Shown piece by piece: positions 10,350 through 20,414 of a DNA stretch of 64,000 bases (position 1 is the first letter of the stretch; each line of letters opens with the position of its first letter). The position numbers and the translations under genes are program-made. The notes below the pieces were generated by a model. It did not search any database. It worked only from the letters and a program-made list of their open reading frames with translations, and was not told the DNA's origin. The stretch is from assembly GCA_043819795.1 (NCBI GenBank), contig JBDREN010000071.1:10912-74911 (forward strand). The letters run 5' to 3'. Source of the stretch: Elusimicrobiota bacterium (GTDB lineage: Bacteria > Elusimicrobiota > Elusimicrobia > UBA1565).

Positions 10350-10389
10350 CTTGGCGCTTCTGAATTTCGGACTTTCCCGGAGGGACCCC

Positions 10390-11532
<1,143 letters not shown>

Positions 11533-11536
11533 CTCC

Positions 11537-12103
11537 ATGCTCAATCACGCCGTCCGGGACGTGACCTTCGCGCTGCTCGATACGGAGACCACAGGCCTTT
11601 CGGCCAGGCGCGGCGCGCGGGTCTGCGAGCTGGCCGTCCTCACCGTGCGGGGCGGGAGCCGTCCGAGCCTGTTCCAGACGCTGATCGACCCCCGGCGGCC
11701 CATCGAGCCCGGCGCCCGGATGATCCACGGCATCACCGACGCCATGGTGGCCGGAAGCCCGACTTTTGAGAGCCTCGCCCCGCGGATCGTGCGCCTGCTG
11801 GAGGGCACGGTGCTGGTCTGCCACAACGCGCCGTTCGACATTTCCTTCATGGAGTCCGAGTTCGAGCGCGCCGGCTTGCCGATGCCGTCGGTGCCGGTGA
11901 TCGACACGCTGCGGCTGGCCCGGAGGCATTTCAACTTCGAGAGCAACAGCCTGGGCCGCATCGCCGACGCCATCGGCGTCGAGCCCGACGGGTGGCACCG
12001 GGCGGGAAGCGACGTCAAGATCCTGCACGGGGTGTTCGAGCACTTCCTCAAGGAGCTGCCGCAGCGGGGCGTGGAGACTTTGGAGGACATGCTGGCCCGA
12101 TGA
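11537..12103 (+). CDS. DEDDh 3'-5' exonuclease (DnaQ/PolC-exonuclease-like)
   Basis: LDTETTGL, HNAPFD, HRAGSD motifs. Confidence 0.92.
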   Translation: MLNHAVRDVTFALLDTETTGLSARRGARVCELAVLTVRGGSRPSLFQTLIDPRRPIEPGARMIHGITDAMVAGSPTFESLAPRIVRLLEGTVLVCHNAPFDISFMESEFERAGLPMPSVPVIDTLRLARRHFNFESNSLGRIADAIGVEPDGWHRAGSDVKILHGVFEHFLKELPQRGVETLEDMLAR

Positions 12104-13598
12104 AGGCTTTCCCGCTCGGCACCGACATCCATCTCGATGAGTTCGTCGAAGTGGCCGAGCGCGCCCGCAGGGTGCGCTTGAAGCCCGAGGCCCGGGCCGG
12201 CGTGCGCAAGGGGCGGCGGGCGCTGCTCCGGGCCGCGGGCGAAGGGACGCCCATCTACGGCGTCAATACCGGCTTCGGCGAGCTGGCCGCCCGGCGCATA
12301 CCCCCCGAGTCCATACGGGTACTCCAGGAGAACCTGGTCTTGAGCCACGCCTGCGGCGTGGGCGATCCCTTGAGCGAGGCCGAGGCGCGTGGCATGCTGC
12401 TCTTGAGGGCCAACGAGATGGCGCGCGGCCATTCGGGCTGCCGTCCGGAGCTCATCGAGGCCCTCGCGGCGATGCTCAACCGGGGGGTGACGCCTATCGT
12501 CCCGAGCCGCGGCTCGGTGGGGGCGAGCGGGGACCTCGCCCCGCAGGCGCACGCGGCGCTCGTTCTGCTGGGCAAGGGAAAGGCCCGATACCGGGGGAGG
12601 GTGATGTCCGGGGCCAGGGCCCTGGCCGCCGCGGGCCTCAAGCCCCTGCGCCTGGGGGCGAAGGAAGGGCTTTGCCTCATCAACGGCACCCAGGCCATGC
12701 AGGCGGTCGGGGGGCTGAGCCTGGCGCGCGCCTTCCACGTGCTCGAGGCCGCCGATCTCGCGGGAGCGATGGGGAACGAGGCGATCAAGGGCACGCCCGC
12801 GCCCTACGACGCCAGGGTCTCGATGCTCAAGCCGCATCCCGGCCAGGTGCGCACCGCCACCCGGCTGCGGCGGCTCCTGCGCGGAAGCCAGATCCGCGAG
12901 TCGCATCGCTTCGGCGACTACCGCGTGCAGGACCCGTATAGCTTCCGATGCATGCCCCAGGTGCACGGCGCGGCCATGGACGCACTGGAGAGCGTCCGCA
13001 GGACCCTGGAGATCGAGATGCGCAGCGTGACCGACAACCCGCTCATCGACGCGCGCGCCGTTCTCTCTGGCGGCAACTTCCACGGGGCCGCGCTCGCCCT
13101 GGCCTTCGACCACGCCGCGGCGGCCATGGCCGTGCTGGGGGGCATCTCGGAGAGGCGCATCTTCCAGGTCGTCTCGGGGATGGGCCCGGGCCTGCCGCCG
13201 TTTTGGCGTCGGATCCCGGGCTGGAGTCGGGGTTCATGATCACCCAGGTGACCGCGGCGGCTCTCGCTTCCGAGAACAAGACCTTGGCCCACCCCGCGTC
13301 GGCCGACTCGATCCCGACATCGGCCAACAAGGAGGATTTCGTGTGCATGGGCATGTGGGCCGTCCTGAAGTTCAGGCGGGCGGTGGAAAACGTCGCCCAG
13401 ATCGTGGCGATCGAGCTCCTGGCCTCGGCCCAGGGCGTGGAGTTCCACCGGCCGCTCAAGCCGGGCGTGGCTATCGAGCGGGGCCTCCGGAGGCTGCGCC
13501 GGCGCGCGTCGCGCACGCGCCGGGACGAGCCCCTGTCGGACAAGATGCGGATCGTCCGGGACCTCGTCCTTAGCGGCTTTTTCGGAGGGTTGGCATGA
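12100..13598 (+). pseudogene. hutH: Histidine ammonia-lyase with a single frameshift at T-run 13201-13204 (possibly a sequencing error)
   Basis: YGVNTGFG, MIO motif GASGDLAP, QDPYSFRC, GGNFHG in one frame; GLESGFMI...SANKEDFV in the next frame; one added T restores LPPFLASDPGLESG. Confidence 0.9.
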
Positions 13599-15253
13599 CC
13601 ATGACCGGGACGGCGATCCGCGCTCCGCGCGGGACGAAGCTTTCGGCCAAGGGGTGGCAGCAGGAGGCCGCCCTGCGCATGCTGATGAACAACCTCGATC
13701 CTGAGGTGGCCGAGCGACCGCAGGATCTCGTGGTATATGGAGGCAACGGCCGGGCGGCCCGGAACTGGGAGTGCTTCCACGCGATCGTGAAGAGCCTCAG
13801 GGAGCTCGAGGGAGACGAGACTCTGCTGGTCCAGTCCGGCAAGCCGGTCGGGGTCTTCCGCACCCACGAATACGCGCCCCGAGTGCTGATCGCGAACTCC
13901 AACCTCGTCGGCCAGTGGGCCAACTGGGACGTCTTCAACGAGCTCGAGAAGAAGGGCCTGATGATGTTCGGCCAGATGACGGCGGGCTCATGGATCTACA
14001 TCGGCACGCAGGGCATCCTCCAGGGCACCTACGAGACCTTCGCCGAGGCCGCGCGCCGGCATTTCGGGGGCTCGCTCGCGGGGCGCCTCATCGTGACGGC
14101 GGGCCTGGGCGGCATGGGCGGCGCCCAGCCTTTGGCCGCGACCATGAACGGCGGGGCGCTTCTGGCCGTCGAGGTGGACCCCTCCCGGATCAAGAAGCGC
14201 CTGGAGAAGGAATACGTCGACTTCATGGAGACCTCGCTCGACGCCGCGCTCGAGCGCGTGCTGGACGCCAAGAAGAAGCGCGAGGCCGTCTCGGTGGGGC
14301 TGGTGGGCAACGCGGCCGACGTGCTGCCGGAGATCGCCAAGCGTAACGTGGGGGTGGACCTTCTCACCGACCAGACCTCGGCGCACGATCCCCTCAACGG
14401 CTACATCCCCGGGGGGCTGAGCCTCGAGGAGGCGGGGGCCCTGCGGTTCCGGGACCCGAAGGGCTACGAGAAGCGCGCGATCGAGTCCATAGCCGTCCAC
14501 GTGCGCGCCATGCTGGAGATCCGGAGGCAGGGCGCGGTGACCTTCGACTACGGCAACAACATCCGGACGATGGCGCACAAGGGCGGGGTGGAGAACGCTT
14601 ACGACTTTCCCGGATTCGTGCCGGCTTTCATCCGACCCCTCTTTTGCGAGGGCAAGGGTCCTTTCCGCTGGGCCGCGCTTTCCGGAGACCCCGCCGATAT
14701 CGCCGAGACCGACAAGGCCGTCCTCGAGCTGTTCGGCAAGGACGAGGCCCTCGCGCGCTGGATCCGCCTGGCCCGCGAGAGGGTCCGGTTCCAGGGGTTG
14801 CCCGCCCGCATATGCTGGCTGGGCCTGGGCGAGCGCGCCGAGATGGGCCTGCGCATCAACGAGCTCGTCCGATCCGGGAAGATTTCGGCGCCCATCGTGA
14901 TCGGGCGCGACCACCTCGACTGCGGCTCGGTCGCCAGCCCCTACCGCGAGACCGAGGGGATGGCCGACGGCTCGGACGCGATCGCCGACTGGCCGGTCCT
15001 CAACGCGCTTTTGAACACCGCCTCGGGCGCCTCGTGGGTGAGCTTCCACCACGGCGGCGGGGTGGGCATCGGCTATTCCCTGCACGCGGGGCAGGTCTGC
15101 GTGGCCGACGGGACCCAGGAGATGGGCGTCCGCCTGGAGCGCGTCCTCACCAACGACCCGGCCATCGGCGTCGCGCGCCACGCGGACGCCGGCTACGAGG
15201 AGGCCCGGCGGGTGGCCCGCGAGAAGAATCTGAAGATCCCGATGGGAGGGTAG
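13595..15253 (+). CDS. hutU: Urocanate hydratase
   Basis: [45 protein letters not shown]. Confidence 0.97.
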   Translation: MTMTGTAIRAPRGTKLSAKGWQQEAALRMLMNNLDPEVAERPQDLVVYGGNGRAARNWECFHAIVKSLRELEGDETLLVQSGKPVGVFRTHEYAPRVLIANSNLVGQWANWDVFNELEKKGLMMFGQMTAGSWIYIGTQGILQGTYETFAEAARRHFGGSLAGRLIVTAGLGGMGGAQPLAATMNGGALLAVEVDPSRIKKRLEKEYVDFMETSLDAALERVLDAKKKREAVSVGLVGNAADVLPEIAKRNVGVDLLTDQTSAHDPLNGYIPGGLSLEEAGALRFRDPKGYEKRAIESIAVHVRAMLEIRRQGAVTFDYGNNIRTMAHKGGVENAYDFPGFVPAFIRPLFCEGKGPFRWAALSGDPADIAETDKAVLELFGKDEALARWIRLARERVRFQGLPARICWLGLGERAEMGLRINELVRSGKISAPIVIGRDHLDCGSVASPYRETEGMADGSDAIADWPVLNALLNTASGASWVSFHHGGGVGIGYSLHAGQVCVADGTQEMGVRLERVLTNDPAIGVARHADAGYEEARRVAREKNLKIPMGG

Positions 15254-15257
15254 GACT

Positions 15258-15755
15258 ATGGCGAAAGACTCGTCTTTTGACGTCGTGTCGCGCGTGGATA
15301 TGAACCTGGTCACTGAGTCGGTCCACGTCGCGCTCAAGGAGATCGGCAACCGCTACGACTTCCGGGGGACGGACTCGGCCATCGACCTCGATGCGAAGGC
15401 GCTCGTGCTCACCCTCCGCTCGAGCGACGAGTACAAGGTGAAGGCCCTCTTCGACGTGCTCACCACCCGCATGGCCAAGCGCGGACTGCCCCTTAAGAAC
15501 TTCACGCCCCAGAAGTTCGAGGAGGCTTTAGGCGGGACGGTGCGCCAGAAAGTCACGATCACCCAGGGAGTCCCCACCGAGAAGGCCAGGGCGATCGTGG
15601 CCGCGGTCAAGAAGGCCGGCATCAAGGTCCAGGTAGCGATCCAGGGCGACCAGGTGCGCGTTTCGGGCCGCTCGAAGGACCTGCTCCAGGAGGCGATCAG
15701 CCTCCTCAAGGAGAAAGACTTCGGGCTCGCTCTCCAGTTCGAGAACTACCGCTAG
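15258..15755 (+). CDS. yajQ: YajQ-family nucleotide/c-di-GMP-binding protein
   Basis: SFDVVS, NRYDFRG, IQGDQVRVSG, C-terminal QFENYR. Confidence 0.95.
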   Translation: MAKDSSFDVVSRVDMNLVTESVHVALKEIGNRYDFRGTDSAIDLDAKALVLTLRSSDEYKVKALFDVLTTRMAKRGLPLKNFTPQKFEEALGGTVRQKVTITQGVPTEKARAIVAAVKKAGIKVQVAIQGDQVRVSGRSKDLLQEAISLLKEKDFGLALQFENYR

Positions 15756-17617
15756 TAGGCGGGGTCGATGACCTTCCGGGCGGCTTCGGTCAGCTCGTCG
15801 GCCTGCTCAGGCGTGAGCTTCTTCCCTGACTGAGCCCTAACCTCGTTCGCGAAGGCCTCGAGCTTGTTGACCGCGGCCTTGTCCGAGCCTCTCTCCAGCG
15901 CGTCGCGGGCGCCGCGCAGCTTGGCCAGGAGGCTGGTCTCGATGCCCTCAGGCAGGCCGAGGGACTCCACCCTGCCGACGAGGTCGTCGATCGTGGGCGT
16001 CAGCACGGACGTGTAGTGCTCCCGGATCTCCTCGGCGTTCAGGACCCTGTCGTAGAGCCTGACCTCGTCGATGAGGCCTTTGAATGGGCGCGTGTATCCC
16101 AACCCGACCCTCAGCGGATCATCGCTCGGGGCGGGGTTCAGGCCGGGACTCCAACCGGTCGCGTTGGCGTACGCGCCGTTCATGTAGAGCTCCATCCTCC
16201 CATTGAGCACATCCCTGGTGATGGCCACATGGACCCAGGTGTCGTCGGCGAAGACCGCGGGGGTGGGAAAGGACATGTAGCCCCCGCACATCCCGCCGCA
16301 CGACCCGTGGAAATAGCTCAGCTGGCTGCTGGGCTCCATCGTGATGCAAAACTCGCCGCCATAGGCCTTGCAGATGGGATTCTGTCGTCCCCAAGCCAGG
16401 TCGGCGGGCTTCGCCCAGAACTCCACGGTCATATCGCTCACGATCTGCAGCGAGGCCGGATTCCCGAAGTCCACGTAGTCATCGAGCCCGTCGAATTCGA
16501 GCGCCTTCCCCTTGATCCCGTCGACCCATGCGCCGCCATGGACGGCTCCGTCGAGGCCCAGGCCGCCTTGATCCGCCGCCACCGAGCCGGCGCCGTCGTC
16601 GAAAGGCCAGTACGCGACCACTCCGTCCGCGGTCTGGACGGCGAGGACAAGCGACCTGGTCTCGAACATCCCGCCGGTGTCCGTCGCCCGCGCGGTGAAG
16701 CCGAAACTTCCGGACTCGGTCGGCGTTCCGGAGATGATCCCGTCGGGAGACAGGGAGACGCCCGCGGGCAAAGAGCCGTCCGCGAACTCCCACGTGTAGT
16801 CCCCGCTGCCGCCGATCGCCTGCAGCTCGAAGGAGTACGGCTGGGAAACAAGCCCGAAGTCCAGCCGGCTGGTCTCGATGATCACATGAGTCGCAAGGTA
16901 CGCTGCCCAATCGGCGTCGAAGCGTGCGGCGATCTCCTCGGCGCCCAGTTCCCCGTCGTAGATCCTGACCTCGTCTATGAGGCCGCCGAAGTGCTGGACG
17001 TATCCGGCCGCGATCTTCAGAGACAGATCGCTCGCCACGGGGTCCGTGGCGCTCGGCCACTGATTCGTGTTGACGTGCGCGCCGTTCATGTACAGTCTCA
17101 TCCGCCGGTCGGCCACGTTTCTCGTGAGTGTCACGTAGACCCAGGTCTCGTCGGCGAAGACGCCGAAGGTTTGGAGGTACGAGTAGGGTGAGCACATCCC
17201 GCCGCAGGAGCCCTGGTAGTAGCTCAACGTCGTGTTCGGCTCCATGGTAACGCAGAACTCGCCGCCATAGGCCTTGCAGATGGGGTTCTGGCGCCCCGCG
17301 CCGATATGGGCGGGCCTCGCCCAGAAGGCGATGGTCATGTCTCCCGTGACCTGTAGCGAAGCCGGGTTCCCGCAGTCGACGTGATCATCCGCCCCATCGA
17401 AGCTCAAGGCCCCGTCGACCACGCCCGAGGTCCACTGCGCGCCGTGGACGGCGCAGTCATTGCCGTTGCCGGAGCTGTCGGTCGCGATCGCGCCCGAACC
17501 GTCGTCAAAGTCCCAGTGTGCCACGAGTCCCGGCGTCTGCGCCCCGGCCGACTTGGCCAGAGACATGGCCAGTAGCGCTCCGAACAGCAAACCGGACATC
17601 CTCATGATCTTATTCAT
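15752..17617 (-). CDS. Secreted protein: LamG, Ig-like (He_PIG), second LamG, C-terminal three-helix (FIMAH-like) domain
   Basis: Signal peptide; two LVAxWxFDDGxG...IDEVRxY domains; GSLPAGVSL...ISGTPT; helical tail GLPEGIETSLLAKL...NKLEAF. Confidence 0.85.
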   Translation of the reverse strand: MNKIMRMSGLLFGALLAMSLAKSAGAQTPGLVAHWDFDDGSGAIATDSSGNGNDCAVHGAQWTSGVVDGALSFDGADDHVDCGNPASLQVTGDMTIAFWARPAHIGAGRQNPICKAYGGEFCVTMEPNTTLSYYQGSCGGMCSPYSYLQTFGVFADETWVYVTLTRNVADRRMRLYMNGAHVNTNQWPSATDPVASDLSLKIAAGYVQHFGGLIDEVRIYDGELGAEEIAARFDADWAAYLATHVIIETSRLDFGLVSQPYSFELQAIGGSGDYTWEFADGSLPAGVSLSPDGIISGTPTESGSFGFTARATDTGGMFETRSLVLAVQTADGVVAYWPFDDGAGSVAADQGGLGLDGAVHGGAWVDGIKGKALEFDGLDDYVDFGNPASLQIVSDMTVEFWAKPADLAWGRQNPICKAYGGEFCITMEPSSQLSYFHGSCGGMCGGYMSFPTPAVFADDTWVHVAITRDVLNGRMELYMNGAYANATGWSPGLNPAPSDDPLRVGLGYTRPFKGLIDEVRLYDRVLNAEEIREHYTSVLTPTIDDLVGRVESLGLPEGIETSLLAKLRGARDALERGSDKAAVNKLEAFANEVRAQSGKKLTPEQADELTEAARKVIDPAY

Positions 17618-17703
17618 TTTGCCTCACCCCTTCCCTCGGTCGGCAAATCGCTCCTTTCTCAAGGTCCAACCGAAGCCATCCGTGCGGATATGCGTCTTTT
17701 TAG

Positions 17704-17732
17704 AGTTTAGACCGGTCTCCGGTGTTTGTCAA
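17704..17732 (-). promoter_or_regulatory. Sigma70-type promoter TTGACA-N17-TAAACT for the LamG gene
   Basis: Consensus -35 with 17-bp spacer on the minus strand. Confidence 0.65.
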
Positions 17733-17770
17733 TAGAAGGCCCGCGGGGCCTCGCGGCATCGGTATCGGCG

Positions 17771-19315
17771 TCAGTCGGCGCCGAGAGGCTCCATCTTGTA
17801 GTGCTCGGCGACGAACCGCTTGAGGAACGCTTTCTCCTCATCCGGCAGGCGCTTCTTGATCTTGAAGGTGGTCCCCCTCCAGGAGGCGCGGCCCTTCCTT
17901 ATCAGGATGTACTTCTTCAGGGACGACTTCTTCTCCTCGGGGAAGCGCTGGACGCAGTCCGAGACGGCCGCGTCGTCCTTCTTGTGGAGGTCCAGCAGCT
18001 TCGCGTATGTCTCCGGGGCCGTCAGGGAAGTATCGACGGGGAACGGGCAGGCTTCGACCTGCCGGACTTCGGCCGGGGGTTGCGACGGGTGCTGCTCCAA
18101 TCCTAATGCGCGTGCGATCTCGGGGTGGAGCGCGGGAGCGGCTGGAGCGGCCACGGGCGCAGGCGGCGCTGCCGACGGGGGCTGCGGAGCGGCGGCGGGA
18201 ATTGCGGCGGACGTCCTTGGCGCGGCGGCTGCGACAGTGGGCGCCGCTGAAGGGGGCTCCGCAGGCGGCGCCGCCGGAGGGGGCTGTGGAGCGGCAGCGG
18301 GCGTCGTCGGCGCGGCGGTCGCGACAGCGGGCGTCGCTGCAGGGGGCTGCCCAGTAGGCGCGGCGGCGGATGTCCGCGGGACGGCAGCAGATGGGGCGGT
18401 CGCGGGCGTCGGGGGGACCTGTGGAGCGGCGGCTGGCGCGGCGGCCGTGGTCGTCGCCGGCCCCGGCTTCGTCGCCGGTTTCGGTTGCGCTGCTGGCGGG
18501 GGCTGCGGCGTGGCAACGGGCGCGGCCGGAGGGGGAGTCGCGGCCGCGGGAGACGTCCCCGGGGCGACAGCCGGCGGGGTCTCCGGAGCAAAGGCTGAGG
18601 GGATCACGAAGAGCGGCTCGTCGGAAGTCTCCTTCTCGGTCACGGCCGGTTCGGTCGCGGTCTCCGCGTTGATCGCGGGCGCCGCCGCGGCGACGGGCTC
18701 CGGGGGCGCGGGAGTCGCTGTGAAGGGGACTTCGGGCGGCGCTTCCTCGGAGGCCGGGCCCCCGGCGGCGGGCGTCGGCGGGACGGCCGCGAGGGGCTCC
18801 ACCTCCGTCGGCTTCGCGGGAGCCGCGGCCGCGGGCGCCGGGGAAGGATGCTGCGCCGCCGGGTACTTCGCGAGCACGGCCAGATCGGCCGGGGTCACGG
18901 GAGCGCCGGGCGGCGCGGCTTGGGGACCCGTCAAATAGTGGTCCAAGCGGCCGATGATCTTCCTCACGTATCTCCCGGACTCGCCCCACCCCATGGCCAG
19001 GCCGCCGGCCTGGTTCATCTGCGCGAAGACGAACACCTCCACCCGGGAGTCGTTCCTCTCGGTGAGGCGGATGGCTATCGTCTGTCCATCGGAGGTGAAC
19101 GCGCTCGGCGCCGACTTGGCCACGATGATCCCCGTCTTCCTGTCCTGGCTCGCCAGAGTGAGCTTCAGGTCCCGGACGACCCGGAGCGAGGTCTCGAAGA
19201 CCGCGTCGCGGGGGAATTCGTAGTAACGGGTCGACTCCTCCCGGCGCATGTGCGTGGAGCTTGTCCCGCAGGCGACGATAAAGCCGGCCGCGAGGATGGG
19301 CGCCAGCCGTTTCAT
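17771..19315 (-). CDS. Lipoprotein with N-terminal globular domain, long Pro/Ala/Thr-rich linker and small C-terminal domain
   Basis: MKRLAPILAAGFIVA-C lipobox; roughly 290-aa low-complexity linker. Confidence 0.75.
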   Translation of the reverse strand: MKRLAPILAAGFIVACGTSSTHMRREESTRYYEFPRDAVFETSLRVVRDLKLTLASQDRKTGIIVAKSAPSAFTSDGQTIAIRLTERNDSRVEVFVFAQMNQAGGLAMGWGESGRYVRKIIGRLDHYLTGPQAAPPGAPVTPADLAVLAKYPAAQHPSPAPAAAAPAKPTEVEPLAAVPPTPAAGGPASEEAPPEVPFTATPAPPEPVAAAAPAINAETATEPAVTEKETSDEPLFVIPSAFAPETPPAVAPGTSPAAATPPPAAPVATPQPPPAAQPKPATKPGPATTTAAAPAAAPQVPPTPATAPSAAVPRTSAAAPTGQPPAATPAVATAAPTTPAAAPQPPPAAPPAEPPSAAPTVAAAAPRTSAAIPAAAPQPPSAAPPAPVAAPAAPALHPEIARALGLEQHPSQPPAEVRQVEACPFPVDTSLTAPETYAKLLDLHKKDDAAVSDCVQRFPEEKKSSLKKYILIRKGRASWRGTTFKIKKRLPDEEKAFLKRFVAEHYKMEPLGAD

Positions 19316-19349
19316 GTGAGTGAACCTCCGAGAACCCGCCGTCATGCCG

Positions 19350-20414
19350 TCAGAACCTCCAGCCGAGGCTGGCCCGGTAGACTTCGCCCAGCTCCGCCAT
19401 CGGCTGGAACGCCAGATCGAGCGTGAACCGTCCGTGGCCCAGGCCGACCCCTCCGGTGAAGCCCGCCATGGCGCCCAGGTCCGAGGCCGGAAGGGATTTA
19501 TAGCCGGCCCGGACCGCGGCGAAGGAGTCGCCTCCGATGCCGAGCGTCCACTCGAGCCCGGCCTTCGCGAAGGGCGCTCCGTGAAGCGGGACCGCGATAT
19601 CCAAGGCGGAGATCAGCTGGCTGTCCTCCCAGGAGGCGGAGTAGGCGGCGCCGATGTCCGCCTCGGCCGGCAGGCTCTCGCGCCGGTTGACGAACTTCGG
19701 CCGGGTCCCCACGTTGCGAAAGGCGAAGCTCAGCGTCAGCTCGTGCAGGTCCGGGAGGCGGTAGAGCACGCCTCCGTCCACCGCCACCGCGCTGGCCGAA
19801 TACTCGTAGAGCGTCTCCCGCACGTACTTGACGGCCGCCCCGGCCAGGAGGTCGCCCGTCCACATGTCGTTGCGGCGGTCGAGGCGCTTATAGGCGTCCG
19901 AGAGGTACCAGATGTCCCGGAAGAGCCCGCGCCCGCGGACCGCGCGCTCCTCCCCGACGCTGAACGCGCGCGCGTAGGCCAGCGTAAGGGCCTCGCTGTG
20001 CGGCTGGAATGAGCCGACCACCTGGTTGGTGTTGGTGACTAGATCGAGGCTGTCCTGATAGAACGCCGTCAACGAGGCGCCTACGATGCCCCGCAGAAAG
20101 GGCGTCGGATGGGCGTAGGCCACGTGGTCGTGATGGAAGAACCGGAGCATCTCGATATGGGAGTAGGAGAGCTCCGGCTGCTGGACCTGGGCGAGCCCGG
20201 CCGGGTTCCAGTAGATCGCGTCGGGCCCCTGGGCCACGGGGCCGAATGCCTCGCCCATCCCGAGGGCGCGCGCGCCCGCCCCGATGCGCAGGAACTGGGC
20301 GGTGGAGCCGGCCGTCTGGCCCGAGGAGAACGCGGACACCGGCATGAGCGCGGAGGCGCCCGCCAGCGCGGCCGCGATCAGGAGCGGTGGTATCGTCGCG
20401 CGTCCGCGCCTCAT
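19350..20414 (-). CDS. PorV/PorQ-family outer-membrane beta-barrel
   Basis: Signal peptide; FLRIGAGARALGMGEAF...YWNPAGLA; alternating strands ending SLGWRF; start at ATGA overlap with upstream gene. Confidence 0.85.
   Translation of the reverse strand: MRRGRATIPPLLIAAALAGASALMPVSAFSSGQTAGSTAQFLRIGAGARALGMGEAFGPVAQGPDAIYWNPAGLAQVQQPELSYSHIEMLRFFHHDHVAYAHPTPFLRGIVGASLTAFYQDSLDLVTNTNQVVGSFQPHSEALTLAYARAFSVGEERAVRGRGLFRDIWYLSDAYKRLDRRNDMWTGDLLAGAAVKYVRETLYEYSASAVAVDGGVLYRLPDLHELTLSFAFRNVGTRPKFVNRRESLPAEADIGAAYSASWEDSQLISALDIAVPLHGAPFAKAGLEWTLGIGGDSFAAVRAGYKSLPASDLGAMAGFTGGVGLGHGRFTLDLAFQPMAELGEVYRASLGWRF

Noticed and set aside
9646..10389. Long N-terminal extensions in the ORF track (thiolase from 9646; also gspM from 26708, gspG from 30304, macB from 53663, PorV from 21383 and 40155)
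   Set aside because: They overlap upstream genes in another frame; family homology and RBS or stop-start overlaps support the shorter starts.
13195..13240. Programmed ribosomal frameshift in hutH
   Set aside because: No canonical slippery heptamer and no precedent I know of; a homopolymer indel is simpler.
17820..18938. Ala/Gly-rich plus-strand ORF resembling a structural repeat protein
   Set aside because: Antisense of the Pro/Ala-rich lipoprotein, which has a lipobox and fits the operon direction.
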